From Hyphococcus sp. (lineage in GTDB: Bacteria; Pseudomonadota; Alphaproteobacteria; Caulobacterales; Parvularculaceae), in the NCBI GenBank assembly GCA_028289605.1, contig JANQON010000004.1:74547-138546 (forward strand): a stretch of 64,000 nucleotides of DNA, written 5' to 3'. A program made the translations under genes and the position numbers. Under the pieces are notes generated by a model that saw only the letters and a list, made by a program, of their open reading frames with translations, was not told the DNA's origin and made no database searches. This document shows positions 27,548 to 39,024 of this stretch, piece by piece (the stretch's first letter is position 1; each line of letters starts with the position of its first letter).

Positions 27548-28857
27548 CGTTTTTGCGTCTGACGCGCCGCCAAATAGGCGACCGCACCAGTCAGGACGAC
27601 CGCCAGAATAAACGCCGCTTCCGTCGCCCTTGAAGCCAGCCCGAACACGAGCGCCGAACCGGTTAGCGCAAGATAAATCGCCGGGGCGACGGGATATGCA
27701 AACACTCGGTAGGGTCGATTGAGGCGCGGTTCCTTCAATCGCAAAACGTAAAGCCCAAATACGGTGACGAAACTGTTCATCGCCAGCAGCGATCCTGATA
27801 GAACCAGAACCGTCTCAAACTGCGCCGACAGAACAAACGCGATCGCCAGCGCGGACTGCAGATAAATCGCTCGCCGGGGCACGCCGTCCATGGTCTTGCG
27901 CTGAAGCCCCTTGAACAGAGGGTAGTCTTCTCCCATCGCCTGCCACACCCGAGGCCCGGCGATGGTCATGGCGCTGACAGTCGAGATCAGCAAGCCAGCC
28001 ATAACAAGCGACGTGACGTCGCCGGCGCGTTCTCCAAACATGGCGCGCGCCGCAATGAACCCGACCTCAATCTGACCGGAGAGCGCCTCGACGGGCGCCG
28101 CCGCCAGAAAGGCGGCGTTTAACCCGATATAGAGCGCAGCGACGATTATTGTTCCCAGACCCAGAATAACCGGGAGATTGCGCTGCGGATTCTCGATCTC
28201 CCCTGTCAGGTAGGTGGCGACGTTCCAGCCTGTGTAGGCGAAGCTGACATAGATAAGGGATACAGCAAATGCGCTGCTCGCCGTCAGGCGGGCGTCGCCC
28301 GATTGCGGCAGAAACGTGAGGGCGTCCCCTTCGCCGCCGACAACGAACGCTGCGCCGCAGAATGCGACAATGACCAGAATTTTCAGTACTGTGACGAAGG
28401 TCTGAAACGTCCCGCTCGCTTTTCTGCGCCACCCATGGACCAATGCGAGCGCGACGATGAGGGCGCAGGCGACTGCCTGGCGCTGAGCGTCGGATGCAGT
28501 CTCCGACACGGCCGATGTCGCGTAGGCGGCAAATGTCATCGCCGCCAGCGCCGTCGGCGCAGCAAACCCGACGGTCACCGACGCCCAACCGGAAATGAAA
28601 CCAGCTGCAGGATGATAAATCCGCGAAACGAACTGGTATTCACCGCCTGATTTCGGCAGCGCGGCGCCCAATTCCGCATAACTTACGGCGCCGCAAAAAG
28701 CGGCGACGCCGCCAAGCGCCCAGAGCAGCAAGATCACAAAAGGCGACGGGACGCTTGCGAGTTGGAATCCCAGGCTGGTGAAGACGCCTGTGCCAATCAT
28801 GTTCGCGATGACGATCGAGATGGCTGTTGGGAACCCGTATGTCCGGTTTGGCGTCAC
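27544..28857 (-). CDS. APC family amino acid permease
   Basis: 437 aa, about 12 TM segments, with IVIANMIGTGVFTSLG typical of amino acid/polyamine permeases. Confidence 0.85.
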   Translation of the reverse strand: MTPNRTYGFPTAISIVIANMIGTGVFTSLGFQLASVPSPFVILLLWALGGVAAFCGAVSYAELGAALPKSGGEYQFVSRIYHPAAGFISGWASVTVGFAAPTALAAMTFAAYATSAVSETASDAQRQAVACALIVALALVHGWRRKASGTFQTFVTVLKILVIVAFCGAAFVVGGEGDALTFLPQSGDARLTASSAFAVSLIYVSFAYTGWNVATYLTGEIENPQRNLPVILGLGTIIVAALYIGLNAAFLAAAPVEALSGQIEVGFIAARAMFGERAGDVTSLVMAGLLISTVSAMTIAGPRVWQAMGEDYPLFKGLQRKTMDGVPRRAIYLQSALAIAFVLSAQFETVLVLSGSLLAMNSFVTVFGLYVLRLKEPRLNRPYRVFAYPVAPAIYLALTGSALVFGLASRATEAAFILAVVLTGAVAYLAARQTQKR

Positions 28858-29167
28858 AGCGCGCGCATCGCAAAGCGGCGCCTGAGCAGCCCCATGAGGT
28901 CAACGCGTTCGCAGGTCAAAACTTGGTTAATGTTGCAATTATATGACAAAGCAGCCCGGCCCCTCCGAATCTTCTAAACCATTGATTACCTTTGCTAACC
29001 GTCGTTTCTCAAGCGTGCGTAACGGGTTGTCGCGGCGGCGTAGCACAAATCGCTAAGAAAAGCGCAGTTTCCATGCTTTGCAGCCAAAAACGAACAGCCT
29101 AGCGTAACTTTGCGTGTGCGCGGCATTCGCGTGGGCGGAAGATTTCTTCAGAAAAAAGAGGGCAAAT

Positions 29168-31924
29168 ATGAATAAGCGGATTCTGAAATACACAACCGCA
29201 TTGGGCGTTGTCGCCTTGGCGTCGACGATATCATCAGCTCCCGCCTTGGCTCAGGGCGACGGCGCGGACGACGGATCGGGCGATGTCATCATCACCATCG
29301 GCACAAGGCGCGATCAGCGGTCCGCAGCCGACACGCCGGCGCCGATCGACGTTATCGCCGCCGATGAAGTGCTGAACCAGGGCGACAATGACATTCAGAA
29401 TATCCTCCGCACGTCGGTCCCGTCCTACAATGTGAACACCTATCCAATTTCCGACGCGGCGACGATTATCCGGCCGGCGAACCTGCGCGGTCTGGCGCCC
29501 GACTCCACCCTCGTCCTTGTTAACGGCAAGCGCCGTCACCGCGCGGCGGTGATTTCGTTTCTCGGCGGCGGTATTTCCGACGGCTCTCAAGGCGCCGACA
29601 TTTCCGTCATTCCAGCGATTGCGCTGAAACAGGTCGAAGTGCTCCGCGACGGCGCGGCCTCGCAATACGGTTCTGACGCCATCGCCGGCGTGATCAACTT
29701 CGCGCTCAAAGACTCTCCGGACGGCGCCACTTTTGAAGCCGAATGGGGCCAGACCTATGAAGGAGACGGCGATCAATATGCGATCTCCGCAAATGTCGGA
29801 TTGCCCATTCCCGTTGGCGAAGGCGGCTTTTTCAATATCAGCGCCGAATATGGTGAAACCGATGCGACCAGTCGCTCCGTCCAGCGCGACGACGCCGCGG
29901 CGCTTATCGCCGCCGGCAACACTGATGTCGCCGACCCGGCTCAGATCTGGGGTCAGCCGAACCTGAATGACGACTGGACGGTTTTCGCCAATGCTGCAAT
30001 TCCGTTCTCCGAACAACTCGAAGTCTATGCATTCGGCAACTGGTCGGAACGCCAGACCGAAGGCGGATTCTTCTTCCGTAATCCAACCAATCGCGGCGGC
30101 GTTTATGCGGGTCCGCTTGTCGACCCCGTCACTGGCTTCGCCGATCCAATGGGCGTGGCGTCAGTTTTGGTTGGCGATCTTTCCGTTAACGATACCGGCG
30201 ATTGCCCGGCGGGCATCCCGCTGACAGCCGGCGGCGGCCTGCTGCCGGATCCGACTGTCCTCGCGTCGGTTGTGGCCGATGACAACTGCTTTTCTTTTGT
30301 TGAACTGTTCCCGGGCGGCTTTACGCCGCGCTTCGGCGGCGACCTGACCGACCAGTCGGTAACAGCAGGTTTCCGCGGGGCCCTCGGCAATCTGACCTAC
30401 GATTTCAGCTACACCTATGGTCAAAGCGAGATCGCATTCTTCATCAACAATACGATCAACGCATCGCTTGGACCGAACACGCCCACGTCATTTAATCCGG
30501 GCGCGTACATCCAAACAGACAATAACTTCAACGCTGATTTTTCCTATGCGATCCCGAACGATATGTTCGCTTCGGACATCGTGTTCTCCTTCGGCGGCGA
30601 GCATCGAAACGAGAACTTTGAAATCATCGCGGGCGACCCAGCGTCATTTGAAATTGGACCGTTGGCCACCCCGTCCGTCGCCTATCCGGGCGGTCAGGGC
30701 TTCTCGTCCAGCTCAAATGGCTTCGGCGGCTTTACCGCCGCCAGCGCCGGCGAGAACTCGCAAAAGAACTACGCCATATACGCTGAAGTTGAGTCCGATA
30801 TCACCGATCAATTTACGCTTCAGGGCGCCGTTCGCTATGAGGATTTCTATGATTCCTTCGGCGACACCCTGAACTGGAAGGTCGGCGCCCTTTACAACTT
30901 CAACGACAATCTCGTTCTTCGCTCGACTTATTCGACCGGCTTCCACGCGCCGAGCGCCGGTCAGGCGAATGTGACCAACATCACGACCCAGTTCAGCGGC
31001 GGCATGTTGCAAGACCAAGGCACCCTGCCGCTTTCAAGCGCAGCCGGCCAGTTCATCGCCGACCGCCTTGAGCTCGACACCGGCGTGCGGCCGACGCTCG
31101 GACCGGAGGACTCGAAGAACTTTACCGCCGGCGTCGGCTTCGGCCTCGGCGACATCGACGTGACGATCGACTACTTCCGTATTACGGTCGACGGTCGGAT
31201 CGCAATCTCCGACCAACAAGACTTCTTCTCTGAGTTGGTCGAAGTCGCGGGCGAAAATGGCGTTATTGTGCCGCCAGGCGCTAACACCAGTCAGCTCTTA
31301 AACCTGCTTGACGGCGCCGGCGTGTTGAACGCCGCCGATTTCCAAGGGTCGGAAGACTTGACGTCATTCGGCTTCTTCACCAACTCGTTCGACACCCGCA
31401 CCCAGGGCATCGACGTCGTCGCCAGCACCAACTTTGAGCTTTATCAAGGCTCTGACACCTCGATGGCGCTCGCGTTCAACTGGACCGACACTGAGGTCAC
31501 CGACCGCGGCCTCGCCACCGCGGCGCCGATTTCCGAGGGGCGCGTGCGTCAGCTGGAAGACACGATTCCGCGCACCCGCGGGAACATCACCTTCAACCAC
31601 AGGCAAGGCCCGCTTCGAGGGCTCCTGCGCTTCAACTATTACGGATCGTTCTTCGAGTGCCACCTCGATGCGATCTCGAGCACCGGACCGGAGTTTTGTG
31701 ACCTGCCGCACGACGGCGGCGCGCAATTCCCGATCGACTTTGAGCTCGGCTACACTGTTCTCGACAATGTCGAGTTCATCGCCGGCGCCCAGAACATATT
31801 CAATTCGTTTCCGGACCGATTATCCGCAGCCAATGCGGGCGTCGCCGGGGCGGAGTATCCGCCCATCGCGCCGGCCGGCTTCAACGGTGGATTCTATTAC
31901 TTCAAACTCCGCGCGGAATTCTAA
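29168..31924 (+). CDS. TonB-dependent receptor
   Basis: Start at MNKRILKYTTALGVVALAS...ALAQ (signal peptide). The plug motifs are VIITIG..., RGL..DSTLVLVNGKR and IEVLRDGASQYGSDAIAGVINF. The protein ends in a C-terminal Phe. Confidence 0.9.
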   Translation: MNKRILKYTTALGVVALASTISSAPALAQGDGADDGSGDVIITIGTRRDQRSAADTPAPIDVIAADEVLNQGDNDIQNILRTSVPSYNVNTYPISDAATIIRPANLRGLAPDSTLVLVNGKRRHRAAVISFLGGGISDGSQGADISVIPAIALKQVEVLRDGAASQYGSDAIAGVINFALKDSPDGATFEAEWGQTYEGDGDQYAISANVGLPIPVGEGGFFNISAEYGETDATSRSVQRDDAAALIAAGNTDVADPAQIWGQPNLNDDWTVFANAAIPFSEQLEVYAFGNWSERQTEGGFFFRNPTNRGGVYAGPLVDPVTGFADPMGVASVLVGDLSVNDTGDCPAGIPLTAGGGLLPDPTVLASVVADDNCFSFVELFPGGFTPRFGGDLTDQSVTAGFRGALGNLTYDFSYTYGQSEIAFFINNTINASLGPNTPTSFNPGAYIQTDNNFNADFSYAIPNDMFASDIVFSFGGEHRNENFEIIAGDPASFEIGPLATPSVAYPGGQGFSSSSNGFGGFTAASAGENSQKNYAIYAEVESDITDQFTLQGAVRYEDFYDSFGDTLNWKVGALYNFNDNLVLRSTYSTGFHAPSAGQANVTNITTQFSGGMLQDQGTLPLSSAAGQFIADRLELDTGVRPTLGPEDSKNFTAGVGFGLGDIDVTIDYFRITVDGRIAISDQQDFFSELVEVAGENGVIVPPGANTSQLLNLLDGAGVLNAADFQGSEDLTSFGFFTNSFDTRTQGIDVVASTNFELYQGSDTSMALAFNWTDTEVTDRGLATAAPISEGRVRQLEDTIPRTRGNITFNHRQGPLRGLLRFNYYGSFFECHLDAISSTGPEFCDLPHDGGAQFPIDFELGYTVLDNVEFIAGAQNIFNSFPDRLSAANAGVAGAEYPPIAPAGFNGGFYYFKLRAEF

Positions 31925-31944
31925 GCTCCGTAAACAAGCACTGG

Positions 31945-31977
31945 AAAGGGGGCCCCTTGGGGCCGCCTTTTTTTTTG
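31945..31977 (+). terminator. rho-independent terminator after the TonB-dependent receptor
   Basis: aaagg-g-ggccc cttg gggcc-g-ccttt forms a hairpin (one G/G mismatch) running into a 9-T tract (31968-31976). Confidence 0.65.
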
Positions 31978-31996
31978 TTCTTGAGTTGCAAGGTAA

Positions 31997-33514
31997 CTAT
32001 CCGCCAAACTTTAGAACAGGCGTCGCTTCAAAAGCCGCCGCCAAAGAGTCCAAGCGTTTCTGGGGCATTTCCCCGAACAACGCTTCTCGGTCCGCGGGCG
32101 CGGAGAAGACAATTTCATCGCCTCGCTTTTCCAACTTGCAGCCCTTCAACAGTTCACCGGACTTCGGCGCCAAAGTCGCGACAAAGCGCAGGGCAAGACC
32201 GGCCTGTGTCGCCGATTGCTGCTCATCCCAGTCCAACAGGCTTATGGCTTGCTCATTGGGCAAGGCGGCGTTGCGTCCCTGATACCGGCAATATAGGGCA
32301 AGGGCGATCCAGACGCGCTCCTTGTGGTTGATGCCCACAAAGGGAGCGCTCAACGCTGTGTCAAACGCCTGACGTCCCCTCAAATCAGGGTGAAAATAGG
32401 CCGCAATGTCGGCGAGCTCTCCAGCGGCGGAGAGAATGCGATGATTGGCTCCCGGCGCCGCCGAGATGAGCGGCGCAATCACGGCGCAGGCGGCGGCGCC
32501 GAAGCCCGGCTCCGGCGAAAACCGCGTCGAGAAAAACTGTGCAGCTGCAAGCAGCGGATCCTCAGCACGCTGTTTTTTCGACAGATCCCGGTAAATCAGT
32601 CCCTCTCTCACTCCGCCCGCCGAGACGACGAGTTTTTCGGCATTGATCCTCTTCAGCAGCGCCCGAAGCGCGATCGCCGCATATGGAAGCGTGTCGAGGC
32701 GTTTGCGCGAGATGCCGGGGATTTCCTCCAGAGAGCGTCGACTCTGCCTTGCGACAAGGTCGCAAACTTCCAGGGCTGACGCCGATGATAGCTCATAGTG
32801 GTGCAGCACAGACAACGGATAGTGCTTTAAGTTCATATGGACGCGCGCGATCGAACGCCACGCGCCGCCAACGGTGTATAAAGTCGGAAATGACTTGTTC
32901 TTTAAAAAGCCGACATCCTTTAGCTCTTTTTCAATATACGCTTTTGCAGCTTGCAAATCTTCGCCCACCGCGCGCATCACAGAAAGCGGACCAATCTGTA
33001 GGCTGACGCTTTGTGCGGTGTCGCCATTCTTCAGTGAGACAAGCTCAAGACTGCCTCCGCCCATATCACCGACAAGGCCTTCAGCGTTCGGCTCGACAGC
33101 GGCGACACCCAGCGCTGCAAGTTCCGCTTCTTCCGCTCCGGATATGACGTTGATCTCAAACCCGAGTTTTTTAACCGATCGAACAAAGTCAGCGCCGTCT
33201 TTCGCCTCCCTCACCGCGGACGTCGCAATTGTCTGGGTTTGCGGTTCGTCATAGGCGCGCAAAATCAGCTTGAACCGCGCAAGCGTCGACAACGCATCGG
33301 CTACAGAAATCGGATTAAGGGAACCATCGGCTGTAAAATCCCGGCCAAGGCCGCACAGCGCCTTTTCATTGCAAATGGCCATCGGCGCGCGCAAAGGCCC
33401 ATCATATATGACGAGCCGGACAGAGTTCGAGCCAATATCGACAACCGCCCGACGGAACGTGGGACGGTTATCTGGTCCAGCGCTGGCTGCGATGGGTCCG
33501 CCGCTATTTTTCAT
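31997..33514 (-). CDS. ppx: exopolyphosphatase (Ppx/GppA family)
   Basis: 505 aa with VVDIGSNSVRLVIY and the typical Ppx/GppA ASKHA fold. It is adjacent to ppk. Confidence 0.9.
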   Translation of the reverse strand: MKNSGGPIAASAGPDNRPTFRRAVVDIGSNSVRLVIYDGPLRAPMAICNEKALCGLGRDFTADGSLNPISVADALSTLARFKLILRAYDEPQTQTIATSAVREAKDGADFVRSVKKLGFEINVISGAEEAELAALGVAAVEPNAEGLVGDMGGGSLELVSLKNGDTAQSVSLQIGPLSVMRAVGEDLQAAKAYIEKELKDVGFLKNKSFPTLYTVGGAWRSIARVHMNLKHYPLSVLHHYELSSASALEVCDLVARQSRRSLEEIPGISRKRLDTLPYAAIALRALLKRINAEKLVVSAGGVREGLIYRDLSKKQRAEDPLLAAAQFFSTRFSPEPGFGAAACAVIAPLISAAPGANHRILSAAGELADIAAYFHPDLRGRQAFDTALSAPFVGINHKERVWIALALYCRYQGRNAALPNEQAISLLDWDEQQSATQAGLALRFVATLAPKSGELLKGCKLEKRGDEIVFSAPADREALFGEMPQKRLDSLAAAFEATPVLKFGG

Positions 33515-33566
33515 TGCCCCGCCTCCATACGCAGGCGACTATCACGCGATTCACACCGTGTTCTGT

Positions 33567-35759
33567 TTATTTTCTGTGCCGTATCGCTTTGGGCGCATTG
33601 TACTTTATCGCACCCCCGCGGCCAGACAAGCTGGGATTTGTCATCATATAGGTGTGCACATTGAAGGCTTCGTTTTTGCCCTGCGGCGCAAGACGCTGGT
33701 AATCTCCGTCGGGGCCCAGGATCCAGCTTTGGGCGTCGTCGTTCAAGTTGGCGACCATGATGTAATTCAGGATCTGGCGTTTCACGGTCGCATTCTCGAT
33801 TGGCGCAAAAACCTCAACCCTTCGATTGAGGTTGCGGGGCATAAGGTCGGCGGAAGAAACAAACACTTTCGCACCGGCGTTCGGCAACGCGTCTCCGCCG
33901 CCGAAGCAATAGATTCGCGCATGTTCGAGAAAGCGACCGACGATACTCTTGACCCGAACGTTTTCTGACAGACCTGGAACGCCGGGACGCAGGCAACAGA
34001 TTCCCCGGACCACCAGGTCTATCCTCACCCCCGCTTGAGACGCCTCATAGAACCTGTCGATCATGTCTCCGTCAACCAGCGCGTTCATCTTCGCCCAGAT
34101 TGCGGCTTTCTTTCCTTTCCGCGCGTTTTTAATCTCCTGGCCAATCAAGTCCGTGATTTCCTGGCGAGCGGTGAGCGGCGCGACAGCGAATTTCTCGAAT
34201 TCCTCCGGCGCCGCATAACCCGTGATGAAGTTGAAGACTTTCGCAGCGTCGCGACCAATCGCCTGATCGCAGGTAAACAGTGAAAGATCAGTATAAATTT
34301 TCGCTGTAATCGGATGATAGTTGCCGGTTCCAACATGCGTATATGTGCGCGTACCTTCCGACTCCTGACGAACCACAAGCGACAACTTCGCGTGCGTTTT
34401 GTACTCCACGAAGCCGTAGACTACATTAACGCCCGCACGTTCGAGCGCCCGCGCCCAGCGGATATTCGCCTCTTCATCAAAACGGGCCTTCAGTTCGACG
34501 AGCGCAGTTACGTTTTTCCCTGCTTCGGCTGCTTCAATCAGCGCCTCAACAATGGGCGATTGCTTTGACGTGCGATAGAGCGTCTGTTTGATCGCAACGA
34601 CTTTGGGATCCGCGGCGGCCTGTTTGAGAAACTGAACCACGACGTCAAAAGACTCATACGGGTGATGCACCAAAATGTCTTTCGCGCGAATGGCCGAGAA
34701 ACAATCGCCGCCATGCTCACGGATTCGTTCTGGAAATCGCGGCTCAAAGGACGGGAACTGCAGGTCCGGACGATCGGGCGGAATGAGTTCGCTTGTCTGC
34801 GCGAGGCCAAGAAACCCGTCAATGGGAATGATGTCCTGCGGCGTCGCCTGGAGCCGGTCGCAGATTAGCGCCCGCATATGTTCAGGCGTTGCAGCGTCAA
34901 AACTGATTCTGATGACGTCGCCGCGTCGGCGACGCTTCAACATGGTTTCAAAAAGCCGCACCAGGTCCTCAGCTTCTTCCTCAACCTCCACATCCGAATC
35001 CCGCAAGACCGTAAACGCGCCGTGGCTCACTATCTCGAATGACGGAAACACCCGTTTAATGAATCGCACGATGACGTGCTCCAGCGCGATGAACCGAACA
35101 GATGTTTCAGGGTGCGCATCCTCAGGAAGACTTGGGAGCCTTATAAAGCGTGCAATCTTTCCTGGGACCGGGAGCAACGCCTGCAATACGCTTCCATCCT
35201 CCCTCTTCATTTCAAAGCAAAGAACAAACCCAAGATTTGGAATGAAGGGAAACGGATGCGCCGGATCCAACGCCAGCGGCGTCAGAATAGGAAAAATGTT
35301 GGAGTCAAATTCGTCCTGCAACCAAGCCAGATCTGATTCCGACAGTTCGTCATCGTCCATGACAACAACGCCAGCTTCCCGCATCGTTGGGATAAGCTCG
35401 CGCCAGCATCGTTGCTGCTCATCCATGAGCTTCAACGCCTTTTCGTTGATCAAAGTCAGTTGCCGCTGAGCGGAAAGGCCCTCCTGACTAACAACGGATA
35501 TTCCCTCACGAACCTGTCCGCGTAGTCCAGCCACGCGAACCATGTAGAACTCGTCTAGATTGCTGGCGGAAATCGACAGAAACCGAAGACGTTCAAGCAG
35601 CGGATGGCTTGGGTTGAACGCCTCTTCAAGAACGCGGGTATTGAACGAAAGCCATGAGATCTCTCGGTTGATGAATCGATCCGGCGAAGACATGCTCAAG
35701 TCGCCCGGTCGAAACGCCGCGCGTTCAATTTTCTGGTTTCCGTCGTCGGCGGCTGGCAA
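33567..35759 (-). CDS. ppk: polyphosphate kinase 1
   Basis: 730 aa. [20 protein letters not shown], the autophosphorylation region [10 protein letters not shown] and the PLD-like C-terminus are present. Confidence 0.95.
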   Translation of the reverse strand: MPAADDGNQKIERAAFRPGDLSMSSPDRFINREISWLSFNTRVLEEAFNPSHPLLERLRFLSISASNLDEFYMVRVAGLRGQVREGISVVSQEGLSAQRQLTLINEKALKLMDEQQRCWRELIPTMREAGVVVMDDDELSESDLAWLQDEFDSNIFPILTPLALDPAHPFPFIPNLGFVLCFEMKREDGSVLQALLPVPGKIARFIRLPSLPEDAHPETSVRFIALEHVIVRFIKRVFPSFEIVSHGAFTVLRDSDVEVEEEAEDLVRLFETMLKRRRRGDVIRISFDAATPEHMRALICDRLQATPQDIIPIDGFLGLAQTSELIPPDRPDLQFPSFEPRFPERIREHGGDCFSAIRAKDILVHHPYESFDVVVQFLKQAAADPKVVAIKQTLYRTSKQSPIVEALIEAAEAGKNVTALVELKARFDEEANIRWARALERAGVNVVYGFVEYKTHAKLSLVVRQESEGTRTYTHVGTGNYHPITAKIYTDLSLFTCDQAIGRDAAKVFNFITGYAAPEEFEKFAVAPLTARQEITDLIGQEIKNARKGKKAAIWAKMNALVDGDMIDRFYEASQAGVRIDLVVRGICCLRPGVPGLSENVRVKSIVGRFLEHARIYCFGGGDALPNAGAKVFVSSADLMPRNLNRRVEVFAPIENATVKRQILNYIMVANLNDDAQSWILGPDGDYQRLAPQGKNEAFNVHTYMMTNPSLSGRGGAIKYNAPKAIRHRK

Positions 35760-35791
35760 AGGAAATTCTCCCTAAGGGTTCTCAGATGCTC

Positions 35792-36493
35792 TCAATCCGC
35801 GGCAGCGGCGACGTCGCTCAATGAATCAAGAATCTCTTTGGCGAGAACGATTGTAATCGGCTTTTTTCGTTGCGCCGCCAGCTCATCGGCCAGCGATACA
35901 AATCCGTGAATAGCGGCGAAGGACCGCGGCAGACGGGGCGCAGCATACTCAATTACCGCATGCCCTACCGAAAGCTGACGATCGCTGAATGCTTTTGACA
36001 TCACTGCGCGCAGCAGCGCTTCATCGGGCTCATTCAAATACGCCCGCGGAATGGCTTCCAACCGGGTTTTAAGGTCTTTCAACCCGTTCGCCCAATCACC
36101 GGGATTTCCGCGGCCGACCAGCACACACCGTTTTCCCGACGCAGCCACGTCTTCCACCGTAGTCATGAACGTTTTCGGATCCGACGCCGGCAAATCGTCA
36201 AACACGATCACGTCGCCAGCGTCATGGGTAATCGGCGTGCGCCAGTCCCCGAAACGGCCGTCTTCCTCAGCAAGGATTGAGGCCAGATGCGTTTTTCCGG
36301 CGCCGCAAGGGCCGCAAATAATAAGGGCTGGGTCGTCCGAAGCGAGCCAAGCCTCCGCTGCTCGCCATGCGCTTTCGTTCGACGGTGCAATTAGGAACGC
36401 CTTTCGGTCGTATCTCGGGGGCTGCTGCGGTAACGGCAACGGCAACTGCCCTACATCCTTCGATCTCAGGCGTGTTTCCAACGTGTCGGTCAT
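35792..36493 (-). CDS. hdaA: DnaA regulatory inactivator HdaA
   Basis: 233 aa. The QLPLPL clamp-binding-like N-terminal motif, Walker A GPCGAGKTHL, and a position next to ppk/purMN as in other Alphaproteobacteria all fit. Confidence 0.8.
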   Translation of the reverse strand: MTDTLETRLRSKDVGQLPLPLPQQPPRYDRKAFLIAPSNESAWRAAEAWLASDDPALIICGPCGAGKTHLASILAEEDGRFGDWRTPITHDAGDVIVFDDLPASDPKTFMTTVEDVAASGKRCVLVGRGNPGDWANGLKDLKTRLEAIPRAYLNEPDEALLRAVMSKAFSDRQLSVGHAVIEYAAPRLPRSFAAIHGFVSLADELAAQRKKPITIVLAKEILDSLSDVAAAAD

Positions 36494-36522
36494 TTCGTCG
36501 CCGCAACAACCGGCATCGCCGG

Positions 36523-37884
36523 TTACTCGTCTGTGTAGGAAGGAAAAGAGACCCGTTTTGGGGAGCCGGGCTCATCGTCGCGACTTCCGAAAATTCCTCG
36601 CCTTCGCTCCGTTTCCCGCCACTGACTGGCGGCTCCGGGCGTTGCGATATTCCAGTACTCTCCGTCGCTGGTCCAAAGCACAAGACCTTGCGCTTCCATG
36701 GCCACAATCAACTTTTGCGGATCCCCAAACGCTTGAATCAGCATCTCAGCGCCGCCGCGCGACAAGGAACGCACCTGAACGGATCCGACCAGTGGCGTGG
36801 ACGTCAACGCGGCGCGAATTTTGCCCCAATCACTCAGCGAACCGTAATAAGCGCTTACGTTGAGAAGCGCCGCCACCGAGTGGTCAATCAGGGTTTGCTG
36901 CTTCCAAGGTTTTGCATATTGGGCAATCGTGGCCTCAATCGCGCGCTCAGCGAGGGTGGGAAAATTCCCGGATTCTTGCATGAATTCCGATTGCGCAAGA
37001 ACGTCGCCGACCTTGGCTTGACTAAACAGGTTCGTCGACGCGCTTTGCGCCGGTTCCGCATCGTCAATCTCAACATCCAGTTGGTCGGCCACTGCGCCGG
37101 CGGAGATCGCCCCATCTTCGCGATATCCGTTGATAAGGCGCACTCGAAGCCTGTCCTGACCGTCCCGCTGCTGCAGAAGCGCATGTGCGACGATGACTTG
37201 CGGCGCCGAATATCGCGCCGCCAATTCCGCAAGAGCCTCTTCATTCACCGCCAGCGCTTCGCGGGCGTTGACCGACGCCGTGTCCTCAAGATCGCCAAGA
37301 GGCGCAATCATCGGCGTCAGCTCGTTGTTGTAAGGGCGCACTTTCCATGCGGCCATCCACGGATTGTTTTCTTCCCACAAATAAACGCCATTGCCCGTCT
37401 GCAGCACCGGCACAACGAGAGCGGTGCGGGTCTGCGCCTCGCTGTAGGGAATTTTTGCGTCTTTCAGCAGCCTTCGAACCGCGTCCGGTTTGAAGCGGTA
37501 CGTGATGAACGCGCGATAGGTCCTTGATGAACTCTTCTCACTGTAAACCTCGAATCCTGATTCCAGTTGCTCAAGCTGCTCATCAGTGACCGAGATCACG
37601 CCTCGTTCGAACTCAGCGACGGCCGGCGCCGGCTCGCCAGCGGACAAATTTGGCAGATACCGCCAGTCATCCTCCACCGTCAAACGTCGCAATAGCAGGT
37701 CCATCGCCCTGCGGCGGCCCGCCGACTGGGCCTGCGCTTTGGCCGCTGTAGCGCTGTCCGCCTGCGCCTGCACCGCTACGCGCGGCACGACGAAGACGTC
37801 TTCGCCCACCGCCTGCGCCGGTCCTGCGGCGCCGACAGCAACCAAGAGGAAAACGCCGATTATCGCTGCATTTCTGAACATCAT
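36523..37884 (-). CDS. DUF2066 domain-containing secreted protein
   Basis: A signal peptide, then VFVVPRVAVQAQADSATAAKAQAQSAGRRRAMDLLLRRLT, which matches my recollection of the DUF2066 N-terminus. It sits divergent from purM. Confidence 0.7.
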   Translation of the reverse strand: MMFRNAAIIGVFLLVAVGAAGPAQAVGEDVFVVPRVAVQAQADSATAAKAQAQSAGRRRAMDLLLRRLTVEDDWRYLPNLSAGEPAPAVAEFERGVISVTDEQLEQLESGFEVYSEKSSSRTYRAFITYRFKPDAVRRLLKDAKIPYSEAQTRTALVVPVLQTGNGVYLWEENNPWMAAWKVRPYNNELTPMIAPLGDLEDTASVNAREALAVNEEALAELAARYSAPQVIVAHALLQQRDGQDRLRVRLINGYREDGAISAGAVADQLDVEIDDAEPAQSASTNLFSQAKVGDVLAQSEFMQESGNFPTLAERAIEATIAQYAKPWKQQTLIDHSVAALLNVSAYYGSLSDWGKIRAALTSTPLVGSVQVRSLSRGGAEMLIQAFGDPQKLIVAMEAQGLVLWTSDGEYWNIATPGAASQWRETERRRGIFGSRDDEPGSPKRVSFPSYTDE

Positions 37885-38015
37885 GCGGTCAAATATCCTG
37901 AATTCTTTATCGCCCCGGCGGGAATATAGCCGCGCCCGTCGCCGGAAACGACCCCAATTCTCGCCCCCGCAGCAATTAGTTGCGTCCGCCGCCCGGCATT
38001 GGCTAGGACAAGCCT

Positions 38016-39020
38016 ATGAGCAGCGCCTACAAATCAGCCGGAGTCGACATTGACGCCGGAGAGCGGCTTGTCCGCGCCATTGGCCCCTTGGCGAAATCGA
38101 CGGCCCGAGCCGGCGCCGACGGCGCCCTTGGCGGGTTTGGCGGCCTGTTTGACCTCAAAGCTACCGGTTTCAGCGACCCCATTTTGGTTTCCGGCGCTGA
38201 CGGCGTTGGGACGAAACTAAAACTCGCTATCGCCCTCAACAATCACGCAACCATCGGCGTGGACCTTGTCGCCATGTGCGTCAACGACGTCTTAGCGCAA
38301 GGCGCTGAGCCATTGTTTTTCCTTGATTATTTTGCGACTGGCAAGCTTTCCGAAACCGTGGCGGTGGAGGTCGTCTCGGGCATAGCAGACGGGTGCCGAC
38401 AAGCCGGATGCGCCCTGATCGGGGGCGAAACGGCCGAGATGCCTGATATGTACGCAGAGGGCGATTACGACCTCGCCGGGTTTTGCGTCGGGGCCGTGGA
38501 ACGAACCAGGATGATGCCGTCCGGCGTCGCCGCCGGAGATGTTCTAATCGGGCTGGCTTCGTCCGGCGCCCATGCCAACGGTTACTCGCTCATCAGAAAG
38601 GTCCTGGCGGATACCGGCGCCGACCTGGATGCGCCGGCGCCTTTCGACCCCGAAATGCGCTTGGGCGACGCATTGCTGACGCCGACGAGGATTTACGTTG
38701 CCGCCCTCCTTCCGCTTATCAACGCGGGCCACATAAGAGCTTTTGCGCATATTACCGGCGGCGGACTTACCGACAACGTCCCGCGGGTTATGCCCGACGG
38801 GCTTGCGCCGCTGTATGACGACAAAGCGCTGGCCATGCCGCCGCTCTTTTCCTGGTTGCAGGACGCGGGCGGCGTTACCGAAGAAGACATGCGCCGCACG
38901 TTTAACTGCGGCGTCGGCGCGGTTGTGGCGTGCGCGGCGGACGCGGCCGACCAGGTTATTTCGGATCTGTCCGCCGCGGGCGAAAGCGCGCGCGTCATCG
39001 GCGACGTACGGAACAGCTGA
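38016..39020 (+). CDS. purM: phosphoribosylformylglycinamidine cyclo-ligase
   Basis: [15 protein letters not shown]...[12 protein letters not shown]...DYFATGKL are canonical PurM patterns. Confidence 0.95.
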   Translation: MSSAYKSAGVDIDAGERLVRAIGPLAKSTARAGADGALGGFGGLFDLKATGFSDPILVSGADGVGTKLKLAIALNNHATIGVDLVAMCVNDVLAQGAEPLFFLDYFATGKLSETVAVEVVSGIADGCRQAGCALIGGETAEMPDMYAEGDYDLAGFCVGAVERTRMMPSGVAAGDVLIGLASSGAHANGYSLIRKVLADTGADLDAPAPFDPEMRLGDALLTPTRIYVAALLPLINAGHIRAFAHITGGGLTDNVPRVMPDGLAPLYDDKALAMPPLFSWLQDAGGVTEEDMRRTFNCGVGAVVACAADAADQVISDLSAAGESARVIGDVRNS

Positions 39021-39024
39021 TCTC

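Noticed and set aside
28928-28941. TAAT-N6-ATTA dyad in the AT-richer patch of the permease/TonB-receptor intergenic region, and a possible riboswitch upstream of the receptor
   Set aside because: The dyad is only 4+4 bp, which is expected by chance. It matches neither the CtrA (TTAA-N7-TTAAC), Fur nor Irr consensus well. I found no B12-box or other riboswitch core in 28858-29167.
36051-37527. Two long + strand ORFs (36051-36863 and 36367-37527) opposite hdaA and the DUF2066 gene
   Set aside because: Both are antisense to recognisable conserved genes and have Arg/Ser/Pro-rich shadow-frame composition. Neither has a plausible RBS.
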